A stretch of DNA of 64,000 nt, taken from positions 62,001-126,000 of IMG/VR virus record IMGVR_UViG_3300049855_000348. The stretch is one strand, 5' to 3'. Positions 53,958-62,177 of the stretch are shown here, piece after piece. Below the pieces are notes generated by a model. The model was not told the DNA's origin and searched no databases. It saw nothing but the letters and a program-made list of their open reading frames with translations. How positions within the stretch are numbered: the first letter of the stretch is position 1; each line of letters opens with the position of its first letter. A program made the translations under genes and the position numbers.

Positions 53958-54871
53958 GATTTCGCTTTCGAGTAGAGCTTGGTCTTGCGGTCAACCGAGA
54001 TGAGTTTCTTGCGCTTGAGTGAGGCGAGACGCTTGGTGATCTGTTCACAGTAGCCATGATGTTCATCAGCAACCACGTCACCGTTGTGATAGTGGAGATC
54101 ATAGATCAGGTTGCAGATCTCACAAAAGCTAAGGAACACACCGGCCTTTTGGGTGAAGAGATTCAAGATCCGCTTGTCGACATCATCGGTACGCAGCAGA
54201 GCCTTGGGTGGGATGTAAGTCACCACCTTCGAGAGATCTGGCACCGGCACATCGAACAGTTGGCAGACCTGCTGGAAAATGTTTGGATCGGTAAAAACCA
54301 TCCAGCCGTTGTCGAGTTCGACACCGCCGATGAAGGATCGACGTTCTTGGTTCTTCCAGAAGCTGGTCGGGTCGAAGAGGGAATCCCACAGGCAGATGCC
54401 ACGCTTCAGACTGACCGGGCTTGGATCGCCGTATTCACCCTGGATCTTGGTGCCGTTGAGCAGGGAGTCGATCGTCTCTTCGATCTTCGGCAGATGGTTC
54501 ACGCAGCCGAGAACGTAGACCGTGGTTTTCGTCTTGGTCTTACTACGGGTAAGCCAGCCATTTGGCCGATCACGCTCAGCGAGTGGACCGGTGACTTCGA
54601 TCGCCTTGGCCACCAGGAGTTCAGCGACACGGAAGTGACGGATAGCGTTGAAGGCACCAGCGACGGCACCAAACTCGTACTCGGCTGCCCCCATGTAATC
54701 GAAACTGAAGAACTGACAGAGCAGTTTCTGAGCTTCGTTCGAGAGACCAGATCCACCACCACCGAAGTCGAAGGGACCGATCTTACCACCCCAATGCTTG
54801 CTGGGTGGGTTCAGCGATTGGATCAGGTAGGTGCTGCGATACTTGTCGGGGTCGGGGATCAGTTCTCTCAC
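53954..54871 (-). CDS. Hypothetical protein (FDYMGAAEYEFGA motif)
   Basis: DYMG.AE.EFG motif recalled from large-phage hypothetical proteins; possible C-terminal winged helix. Confidence 0.75.
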   Translation of the reverse strand: MRELIPDPDKYRSTYLIQSLNPPSKHWGGKIGPFDFGGGGSGLSNEAQKLLCQFFSFDYMGAAEYEFGAVAGAFNAIRHFRVAELLVAKAIEVTGPLAERDRPNGWLTRSKTKTKTTVYVLGCVNHLPKIEETIDSLLNGTKIQGEYGDPSPVSLKRGICLWDSLFDPTSFWKNQERRSFIGGVELDNGWMVFTDPNIFQQVCQLFDVPVPDLSKVVTYIPPKALLRTDDVDKRILNLFTQKAGVFLSFCEICNLIYDLHYHNGDVVADEHHGYCEQITKRLASLKRKKLISVDRKTKLYSKAKS

Positions 54872-55020
54872 TTCTTGGCCTTTCTCTTCTTTTTCTTCTT
54901 CACCTTGATGACTGGTCCGATCCAGAATCCAATGGTCTTGTTGCGATGTTCGATGGCAAGTTTCCTGGTCGGCTCATGACCGACGATGGAACCACCTCGC
55001 AGCTTGGTTGCCCAGGTCAC
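54868..55020 (-). CDS. Small Lys-rich protein (50 aa)
   Basis: GTGA overlaps at both ends fill the gap exactly; ends VKKKKKRKAKK. Confidence 0.55.
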   Translation of the reverse strand: MTWATKLRGGSIVGHEPTRKLAIEHRNKTIGFWIGPVIKVKKKKKRKAKK

Positions 55021-55607
55021 AGTAAGACCTCTTTGAGTGCCTTCATCACCCTGGCCAACTTCTCCTGGTTGAGTGAACGAAGTTCCAGCTTGAACTCCGG
55101 AGCTTCAAGGGTGCCCTCACCTCGATTGAGATCGGGGCAGAACTCTTTCAGTGCTTCAAGATCTTTCTCGTAGTTCGAGATCACACCATCAACTACTTTA
55201 CGATACTGCTTTGAAATCTCAGTGTTCTTCTTGATTCGACGTGCCCGTTCAGCTTCTTCCTTGACCACTTCGATCACCTTGTCGAAGTCGAGGCTCTTTT
55301 TGACCTCACTGACCCGTGGCGTCTTGGCATAGTAGCCGGTCGAAGACTTGATATCGAGAACGTAGCGAATGTAACTGGTTTTGTAATTGCTGTCACGTCC
55401 TTCGATTGATTTGAAGGTCAAATTCACTTCCGTGTCGTCATCGAAGAGAACATTGATGATGGAAAGCCAGCCATAGACGGCTTCATTGCGCTTATTACTG
55501 GTTACTCCTTTGACCGTTCCGGCGACTCCACTCCGCAACCGTTTGATGAGTTCTTCGTGAGCTTCGTTGGAACGCTTGAGGGTGGCGAGTGAGGTTGCGT
55601 CTTGCAT
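55017..55607 (-). CDS. Hypothetical protein, leaderless
   Basis: ATG is 6 nt after TATACT. Confidence 0.8.
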   Translation of the reverse strand: MQDATSLATLKRSNEAHEELIKRLRSGVAGTVKGVTSNKRNEAVYGWLSIINVLFDDDTEVNLTFKSIEGRDSNYKTSYIRYVLDIKSSTGYYAKTPRVSEVKKSLDFDKVIEVVKEEAERARRIKKNTEISKQYRKVVDGVISNYEKDLEALKEFCPDLNRGEGTLEAPEFKLELRSLNQEKLARVMKALKEVLL

Positions 55608-55613
55608 GCCCAG

Positions 55614-55641
55614 AGTATAGCGACCAAAAGGTCTATGTCAA
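55614..55641 (-). promoter_or_regulatory. Repeated promoter, copy 12
   Basis: TTGACA-TAGACCTTTTGGTCGC-TATACT-CTGGGC-ATG. Confidence 0.85.
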
Positions 55642-56183
55642 CCTGAAAGGAGACCCTTCACGTGTCCAACAACAGACTCCACCTTCGATGGCCTGAAGAG
55701 GCCATCTGCCTCATTAGCATTCCACGGCAAAGGGAAGAGTAACGACAGACCACCGTGTTGTTTGAACTTACGGCAGTTGAGCGGATGATCATCGATCAGG
55801 ATGTCACCCGGACGGGCAAGGTACTCCTTTTTACAAGTGAAGATCCAGTCCTCGAACTCCAGACCGAAGCGATCATGGAGCCACAAGAGCTTACCCTTGC
55901 AGGCATCGGATGACCAGCTTGGGTTGGTCAGGATGGTAACATTGTCGATCTCCTTCAATCCGTTGTAGAGGTCCATCGCCCACGGGTAGGGCTTGAGATT
56001 CCTCCACCATGCTGACCCACCACAGTTGATCAGATCCCACATCTGTTGATGAGTCATGCCGAGGCACTTCCAGATGTCCCACTGATCAAGGTCATCATGG
56101 GTGACACCGATCGTGCTGGGAAGTAAATCGAGGAACCCCTGGTTGAAGTTCACCAGGGGGCCGTCCATGTCGAGGTAGATCAT
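55638..56183 (-). CDS. HAD-family 5'(3')-deoxyribonucleotidase (NT5C-like)
   Basis: IYLDMDG.L..F, GK..WL, LIDD..N. Confidence 0.88.
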   Translation of the reverse strand: MIYLDMDGPLVNFNQGFLDLLPSTIGVTHDDLDQWDIWKCLGMTHQQMWDLINCGGSAWWRNLKPYPWAMDLYNGLKEIDNVTILTNPSWSSDACKGKLLWLHDRFGLEFEDWIFTCKKEYLARPGDILIDDHPLNCRKFKQHGGLSLLFPLPWNANEADGLFRPSKVESVVGHVKGLLSG

Positions 56184-56362
56184 GCCTTGGAGAGCTTGAC
56201 CACGATGCGACCGAGGCGCTTGTGCCCGGCCTTGGTGAAGTGCTTCTCCCACCACTTGCCGACATCCTTGGCGGTCCAGGTGGAGAAGTTCTTGGCGATC
56301 TCAGCTTCAGCCTGTGCGGCTGCTTCGTCCATCTGGCTGGTTGGTCCACCGTCTTCGGTCAT
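56180..56362 (-). CDS. Small hypothetical protein
   Basis: ATGA overlaps at both ends. Confidence 0.65.
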   Translation of the reverse strand: MTEDGGPTSQMDEAAAQAEAEIAKNFSTWTAKDVGKWWEKHFTKAGHKRLGRIVVKLSKA

Positions 56363-57039
56363 GATTCTTCCTTGGTTGAGAGGATCTTCTCGGCCTGTTC
56401 CCAGGCAGCGAGACGGCGGGCTTCGTACTCGGGGGTCTTTCCACCCGAGTCCTTCATGTTCTTGGTATCGACGAGTTCCTGGAGTGCCTTGATGGCAGCA
56501 TCACCCTTGCTCAGCGGCTTGGGATCGCCGACACCGAAGTATTTCTCGATCTCATAGATGATCGAGCCGTACTGATTGTTGACGTTGGCGTCTGGGCTCA
56601 TCAGAACGCCGATGATCTCCCAGAGCTTCTGATCAGCCGTTGGGAGAGGTGCGACAGCGGCAGCGAGTTCTTTCTCCTCCATCTCCTTGCGGATGTCGTC
56701 TGGCTGATGCTCCTCAGGGACCAAGGAGAAACCGACGAAGCGTACCAGTGGATTCTTCCCATCGGCACTCTTCTCGGTCGGAGATGCGAAGAATTGAATG
56801 CTGATCCGTGGAAGACCAGCAGCGGTCAGGATGCCATTGATGACACCCATGGGTCCGAGCGAGAAGTAGGGAGCAACCTCCTCCTTACGCACGATGATGT
56901 CTGGATGGTCGAGCAGTGCTTCGTTGGTTGGCACACGCATAGCCATCAGACAGTGCAGGGCACCGGCGTCGGCTTGTTGGGCGGAGTTCAAGCAATTCAG
57001 GATGGCTTGAATTTGAAGAGTCTTTGCAGGTGAGAGCAT
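56359..57039 (-). CDS. Hypothetical protein
   Basis: ORF in minus-strand run. Confidence 0.75.
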   Translation of the reverse strand: MLSPAKTLQIQAILNCLNSAQQADAGALHCLMAMRVPTNEALLDHPDIIVRKEEVAPYFSLGPMGVINGILTAAGLPRISIQFFASPTEKSADGKNPLVRFVGFSLVPEEHQPDDIRKEMEEKELAAAVAPLPTADQKLWEIIGVLMSPDANVNNQYGSIIYEIEKYFGVGDPKPLSKGDAAIKALQELVDTKNMKDSGGKTPEYEARRLAAWEQAEKILSTKEES

Positions 57040-57047
57040 GGAATCTT

Positions 57048-57560
57048 TCAGGCGTCAGGAGTGGAGTCGATGGCGGCGAAGTATTCTGCACGGGGGATGA
57101 CATCAGCACCCGGCATCTGTCGCATTGGTGTCATGAACGGAAGTTCGACGAAGTAATTCTCGCCGATCTTCTTGAAACCGCAGTCAGTCATGTAGTGCTG
57201 ACCGCAGTTGTAGAAGAATGGATTGCAGCCGAGTTTCACGGCGAGATCGGTACCAGACGGAATGTGGATGTCCCACATCGCCTTGGCGATCTCCTTACCG
57301 GCCTTGGCCTTCTTGTTCGGACGGTAATAGAACGGCATTTTGGCGATGGGACGCCAGAGCTTCTGGTCTGGTTCGGCTTTGAACTTCAGACCTTCGACCT
57401 TGGTACCGTACATGACGTGCTTATCCATCTCGGCACCGTAGCGTACGGCGATCTCATTGATCTTGGCATAGCCGGCGCGGACCTCAGCATGCCAGTCCTT
57501 GATGATGGTGTGGGCTTCGCCAGAGACCACCTTGTAGTAGCGCATGTCGGGAAAATTCAT
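57048..57560 (-). CDS. Hypothetical protein
   Basis: ATGA overlap start. Confidence 0.75.
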   Translation of the reverse strand: MNFPDMRYYKVVSGEAHTIIKDWHAEVRAGYAKINEIAVRYGAEMDKHVMYGTKVEGLKFKAEPDQKLWRPIAKMPFYYRPNKKAKAGKEIAKAMWDIHIPSGTDLAVKLGCNPFFYNCGQHYMTDCGFKKIGENYFVELPFMTPMRQMPGADVIPRAEYFAAIDSTPDA

Positions 57561-58123
57561 TCGTCGTCCTTTGGCCAATCTGCTGGAGTGGTGATGATTA
57601 CCCGTTTCTTACCGTGACGCCAACAGATGGGTTTCTTGTAGGCTTCGATCGCTTTGTTGAGTTCATCCAGCTTGTCAGCGATCACTGACGGAAGTTCACC
57701 ATCTTCCGGCAACTCATCTTGCCAGAATTCACTGGTCACCTCACTGAGGTATTCAGGTTCGGTGATGACAAGCATGACTTCGTCAGGAGCAAGATCATTG
57801 TCTCGGCAGAACTCGTAGAATTCTTCGAGTTCGCTGAAGTATTGATCCCCGTCGTGAACGGCGAGCATACACTCACCATCCCACTCGACGATCGGCATCT
57901 TCAGCCACTCTTCCCGCTGACGCTTGGCGTAGCAGGGTGAGCAGTAGCTGTTCTTGGGGATGATGTTTCCGCACTCACACTTTTTGTGTGTACTGCCGAT
58001 GTAGCGAGCCATGTGCTCGTCATCGCCAAGGAAGTGACCGGTGGAGGCCACCCAACCGGTGACAGTCTTATACTCAGCCGCCTTCGGCGAGTCGTAGAGA
58101 ATTTGTTCTTCTTCAGATCCCAT
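57557..58123 (-). CDS. Conserved phage hypothetical protein with zinc ribbon
   Basis: A.Y..VTGWV...G..E..ARY.G.TH..C.CG. Confidence 0.75.
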   Translation of the reverse strand: MGSEEEQILYDSPKAAEYKTVTGWVASTGHFLGDDEHMARYIGSTHKKCECGNIIPKNSYCSPCYAKRQREEWLKMPIVEWDGECMLAVHDGDQYFSELEEFYEFCRDNDLAPDEVMLVITEPEYLSEVTSEFWQDELPEDGELPSVIADKLDELNKAIEAYKKPICWRHGKKRVIITTPADWPKDDE

Positions 58124-58418
58124 CGAGTGTTCCTTTGCATACAGCACGGAGACGAACGCCGGCATCTTTCCACGAACACATCTCATCGGTCCACTGACCA
58201 AGCGAGATCAGCGTGGCAATGGTCTTCGACAGCGGATGCTTCGGACAGACCTTGATGTGCTCCTTCAGAACTTCAGCCATGGTTGGTGGCGTGTTGTCCT
58301 TCGGACCATAGCGGTGACCGCAGTAGACGCAGTTGATGAACATCCCCGACTGGAGATCAGAGATCCACAGCTTGAGCTTTTCATTCTCGGCGAGGAGTTC
58401 GTCAAGCTGGCTGGACAT
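58113..58418 (-). CDS. Small zinc-binding protein
   Basis: CVYCGH..L.EHI..CPKHP. Confidence 0.7.
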   Translation of the reverse strand: MSSQLDELLAENEKLKLWISDLQSGMFINCVYCGHRYGPKDNTPPTMAEVLKEHIKVCPKHPLSKTIATLISLGQWTDEMCSWKDAGVRLRAVCKGTLDGI

Positions 58419-58950
58419 CGGTTGATTCCTTCACTGGGTTCTGGGCGTGTAAGACCTCAAAGTTGGCGAAGCAACCGGTGATACCACACTTGCCGCTGTT
58501 CGGCTTGATGTGACCAGCAGAGGCGCTGTTGATCGTGTAGACCTGAAGATCGAGGTTGACGACGATGATTTCTCCATCGTTGAGCATCTTGCTGGCGAAG
58601 CGTTGGCCGGCTTCAAAGGTGACGATGTCGCCGACCTTGAAGCGTGGTGTAATGGGGTTTTCCTTCGCCCACGACTTGATCACTTCCTGGTGAGCGTGGT
58701 AGAGGTGTGAGCCCCAGCCGTCGAGAATTTCCACCAGATCAGAGTCTGGCATGAACGATTCATCCTCGAAGTATCTGGCGAGTTGATAGCCGTCATCCTG
58801 TCCGTAGGCGTTCTTCAACACCTTCTTCGCAGCGTTGCGGGTATCCTCGTCATCTTCGGTATGACCGACCCACTTCTTGATGGATGGCCAGATTTTCTCG
58901 AAGGCGATGTCGACGACAGCATCGTCGGTGCGTTCTGGGCGAGGGATCAT
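58402..58950 (-). CDS. Hypothetical protein
   Basis: DGYQLAR; F.VGD.V. Confidence 0.75.
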   Translation of the reverse strand: MIPRPERTDDAVVDIAFEKIWPSIKKWVGHTEDDEDTRNAAKKVLKNAYGQDDGYQLARYFEDESFMPDSDLVEILDGWGSHLYHAHQEVIKSWAKENPITPRFKVGDIVTFEAGQRFASKMLNDGEIIVVNLDLQVYTINSASAGHIKPNSGKCGITGCFANFEVLHAQNPVKESTDVQPA

Positions 58951-59486
58951 TTCTTGTTCCTGAGTTCAATGATGAGATCGAGCAGTGTGTTCAGTTCAGG
59001 CGAACTATGATTACCACGTTCACCGTTTCGGATCGCTTTCCAGAGGACATCGAAGAGACCGTGGCAGGCGGAGTCATGCCCCTGCCAGAATTGCGGGTCG
59101 AATTCACCGGTGAGGAAGTCTTCATCGACGTTGAGGTACGCCTCGAAAATTGGTAGCAGACGAAGATGGTTGAAGCTGAATTGAAGTTCGGCCTCTTTCC
59201 ATTCGAGTTTTCCACCCGGTGAGCACTCTGCATACCGCTCAAACACCTTGCCCACCTCGTCACGCAGGGCCATCCACCGGGTGATCTTGTCACTCCTGTC
59301 GAGGTGTGCCGGCGCACCAACGTTGTCTTCTCCGTCGATGGCGTTGGTGGTGGCAGCCTCAAGCTCATCCATCAGTCGATTGGCCACTGCCCCTGGCGGC
59401 ATTTGGTCAGGGCCGATGGTCCCACGTGGGTAGGCTTCACGGACGGCTTTGGCAGCCCGGATCAGGCGGACGAACTTCTCATCCAT
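58947..59486 (-). CDS. Hypothetical protein
   Basis: Overlaps neighbours in a minus-strand run. Confidence 0.7.
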   Translation of the reverse strand: MDEKFVRLIRAAKAVREAYPRGTIGPDQMPPGAVANRLMDELEAATTNAIDGEDNVGAPAHLDRSDKITRWMALRDEVGKVFERYAECSPGGKLEWKEAELQFSFNHLRLLPIFEAYLNVDEDFLTGEFDPQFWQGHDSACHGLFDVLWKAIRNGERGNHSSPELNTLLDLIIELRNKK

Positions 59487-60780
59487 GGTGCTTCAGGACC
59501 TCTTTGGCGTCGTTCGACAGGCTGGTCAGGATGTTGACCATCTCAAAGGGTCCGGCCTTCTGGGCAGCCACAACCGAGTCGATGATCAGGGAGGCCACCG
59601 CCACCAGGGCGACCTTGTCCTCCTGGAGCTTCCTCACCACCTCGGAATCGACCTGCTTGGCCTTCAATTCGTCGACCTGGAGGAGTAAAGCCTCCACCTT
59701 GGCCAGGGATTCAGCCTGGGATTGGCGCAGGCTGTCGTTTTCCTGCCTCGTAGCGGCCAGATCGGCTTTGAGGGGTCCGGTATCCTCAATTCCGGTCAAT
59801 GTGGCCTTGGCGAGGCTCTGGCGGGCAAGGCGGGCACGGTCCAGGACCGACCCAGCCGTCCGCATGGCAGCTTCGGCAGCCTGCATCACCCCGTCGAGGG
59901 TCTTCAGGTTGGCGCTGTGGACCGTGTCGACCTGGGTCTGGGCGAGTTCCTGGGAGGTTCGTGGGCGGTTCTTCTCGGCCTTCCGGGCTTCGATCTCGGC
60001 TTCCTTGGCCTCACGCTCGGCACGCTTCTGTTCCTTTTCGGCCTGTTCGGTATCCCGGAGCAGGTCGAGTTGGTCTTTGACCTCCTCGTAGATCTCCAGG
60101 CTGGTGGGGTAGGACGGGTCGGCGGTCTTCAGGGCGGTCCATTCACGCTCGGCGTGTTCTGATCCCATGATATCAGCCAGCACCTTTCGAGGCGAGTCGA
60201 ACTTGCTCAGCAGGGTCAGCAACTGGCCGACGGTTTTGCAGTTCGTCGTGTTCTTCCTGGTGTTGGCCACCATCGAGTTGTGGATGAGATCGCCCACGAA
60301 GCCTTCCGCATTCCGGCTGCTGGCCTGGATGATCAGGTCGTCGCGGATCTCCTTCTCGGATCGTGTGAAAAAAGTGCTGGGAACGTTCGAGGCGACCATC
60401 GCATGCATGATCGCATTCGCTGCGGTAGCGAATGACCGGACCATCCGTCGGACATCGGCTGCCAGTCTCATCGGGGCACGCCAGTCACCAGAGGTCTTCG
60501 CTGCGTTGATGGTCAGCTTGTTGACGACCTTGTGTCTCCACATCCACGAATGCGTGGTGTCGCCAGCGTACTCGTAGTTGTTCTGCTCTGCCCACTTGCC
60601 CCAGTCGTCCTTCGTCCATGCACGTGCCTGACCGGGTGTTGGACATTCATCGGGAGTGGGGATTCCCATCCATCTGCACAACGGCGTCACGTCTTCACTG
60701 TGGGTCTTGCTGAACGCCTCTTGCAGGGCGACCAGATAGGCCGGCTTTGAGATAGTTTCCATGGTGGCTCCTTTGTTCAT
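59479..60780 (-). CDS. Coiled-coil protein, possible HicA-like N-terminal segment
   Basis: Long heptad-rich C-terminus; 'H.W.W.H....AKTSGDWRA' near the N-terminus. Confidence 0.7.
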   Translation of the reverse strand: MNKGATMETISKPAYLVALQEAFSKTHSEDVTPLCRWMGIPTPDECPTPGQARAWTKDDWGKWAEQNNYEYAGDTTHSWMWRHKVVNKLTINAAKTSGDWRAPMRLAADVRRMVRSFATAANAIMHAMVASNVPSTFFTRSEKEIRDDLIIQASSRNAEGFVGDLIHNSMVANTRKNTTNCKTVGQLLTLLSKFDSPRKVLADIMGSEHAEREWTALKTADPSYPTSLEIYEEVKDQLDLLRDTEQAEKEQKRAEREAKEAEIEARKAEKNRPRTSQELAQTQVDTVHSANLKTLDGVMQAAEAAMRTAGSVLDRARLARQSLAKATLTGIEDTGPLKADLAATRQENDSLRQSQAESLAKVEALLLQVDELKAKQVDSEVVRKLQEDKVALVAVASLIIDSVVAAQKAGPFEMVNILTSLSNDAKEVLKHHG

Positions 60781-61064
60781 TGTGGCTTTCCTAACTTGGT
60801 GATTTGTTGACGACTCTTCTTCAGCTTCTTGCTCAGGCGTTTGATCCGTTCCTGCATGAGCAGATTATCGAGACGGCGATAGTCCGGCACAAACAGATCC
60901 AATTGCAGGCAGATGAACTTCACCATCAGGTGATTGTCATTCTCTTGAGCATCCTTCTGAAGCTCTCTGATCTTCTTGGACAACTCACGATGAAGCCGGA
61001 TATCGAGACACCAGTTCCTGACTGCTTTGCGGAAGAAATATCGACGAATCCAGTCTTCTAACAT
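60777..61064 (-). CDS. Hypothetical protein
   Basis: Follows promoter copy 13. Confidence 0.65.
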   Translation of the reverse strand: MLEDWIRRYFFRKAVRNWCLDIRLHRELSKKIRELQKDAQENDNHLMVKFICLQLDLFVPDYRRLDNLLMQERIKRLSKKLKKSRQQITKLGKPQ

Positions 61065-61085
61065 TGTGATCCCTTTAGGCGTTTG

Positions 61086-61113
61086 AAAGTAGCGACTGAA
61101 TTATCGCTGTCAA
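61086..61113 (-). promoter_or_regulatory. Repeated promoter, copy 13
   Basis: TTGACA-GCGATAATTCAGTCGC-TACTTT. Confidence 0.7.
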
Positions 61114-61583
61114 TGCCAAGGATCAGGGTACTGCATCGGCGGCACTGGCAATGCCGCATCTGGCATCCAATGCTTCAATATCACGATGGCAGTAGCCACA
61201 CTCTTCGTGACGAAATCAACTTCCCGGGTAGTTTCAGTTTTGTAGAGCCACCACCGCTTGCCGGCTGTCTGCGGTCGGAAGCCCTTCTGCTGCATCATGG
61301 TCTTCGATGATTGCAGACCCAGATACGTGGATTCCCGGAGGATGGCATCCTGTTGTGCCTTGTGCCATTCCTGCACGAACTTGTCCAACTCCTCCAGGAA
61401 CTTCCGGGCACCATTCTTCGGATCGTCGCCGGTCACCACGGTACGCTGACCATTGGAGCGTAGCCAGTCGACCAGACGCCATTCCAACACATCCTGTTTC
61501 CAGGACAACACGAGGTGCCCGGTGGGTTCCTTCTGGCAGCCTTGGCCGTGAAAGCGGAAGCGGACCAGCGGGAGATCGGGCAT
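61110..61583 (-). CDS. Hypothetical protein
   Basis: 157 aa; stop codon lies inside the -35 box of copy 13. Confidence 0.7.
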   Translation of the reverse strand: MPDLPLVRFRFHGQGCQKEPTGHLVLSWKQDVLEWRLVDWLRSNGQRTVVTGDDPKNGARKFLEELDKFVQEWHKAQQDAILRESTYLGLQSSKTMMQQKGFRPQTAGKRWWLYKTETTREVDFVTKSVATAIVILKHWMPDAALPVPPMQYPDPWH

Positions 61584-61588
61584 GGGAC

Positions 61589-62167
61589 TCAGGGGTTGTT
61601 GAACAGCCTCACTTGGATACCGAAGTCAGGCCGTTCGGCGATGGTGGCAGCATCATCGTCATACCACTCGCCCTTGCCGAAGACTTCAGCCAGGACATCG
61701 CGGTTCAAACGTAATGAGTACCACAGCAGGATGGGCGCTTTCGGTTTAGCGACACGTTTGACTATGTCAAGCAAACGACGCTGGTCCTCTTCGACGAGAT
61801 GTTCGAGGACGTTGATCGAGGCGACCACGTCGAAGGAGGCGGTCTGAAGGTCGTCAGAGACGTTGGTATAGAACAGATTGGGCTGTGGGACCGCACACTC
61901 CTTGCGGGCCAATTCAACGCACTCGATCACCGGGTCGTAGCCGACCACGGTTCTGAAGTAGCCGGCCAGCGGACGGGCGATGCGACCGGTACCACAGCCG
62001 TACTCCAGGAGTGTCATCGATGGGCTGATAGAGGCACCGGCGTGAAGCCTGCGGATGCACTCCATGGCGACAATCGCCCCATGCGTGGCATAGGCGATGT
62101 CGTCGTTTTGGTACTTGTTTGCGATCGTCTTCCGAGGCGAGCGCCAGTGGTCTTGAGTGAACGGCAT
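61589..62167 (-). CDS. Class I SAM-dependent methyltransferase
   Basis: LLEYGCGTGRIA, VVGYD, FDVV...VLEHL. Confidence 0.9.
   Translation of the reverse strand: MPFTQDHWRSPRKTIANKYQNDDIAYATHGAIVAMECIRRLHAGASISPSMTLLEYGCGTGRIARPLAGYFRTVVGYDPVIECVELARKECAVPQPNLFYTNVSDDLQTASFDVVASINVLEHLVEEDQRRLLDIVKRVAKPKAPILLWYSLRLNRDVLAEVFGKGEWYDDDAATIAERPDFGIQVRLFNNP
61743..61770 (-). promoter_or_regulatory. Repeated promoter, copy 14 (intragenic)
   Basis: TTGACA-TAGTCAAACGTGTCGC-TAAACC inside the methyltransferase CDS. Confidence 0.6.
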
Positions 62168-62177
62168 GGTCTATGAA

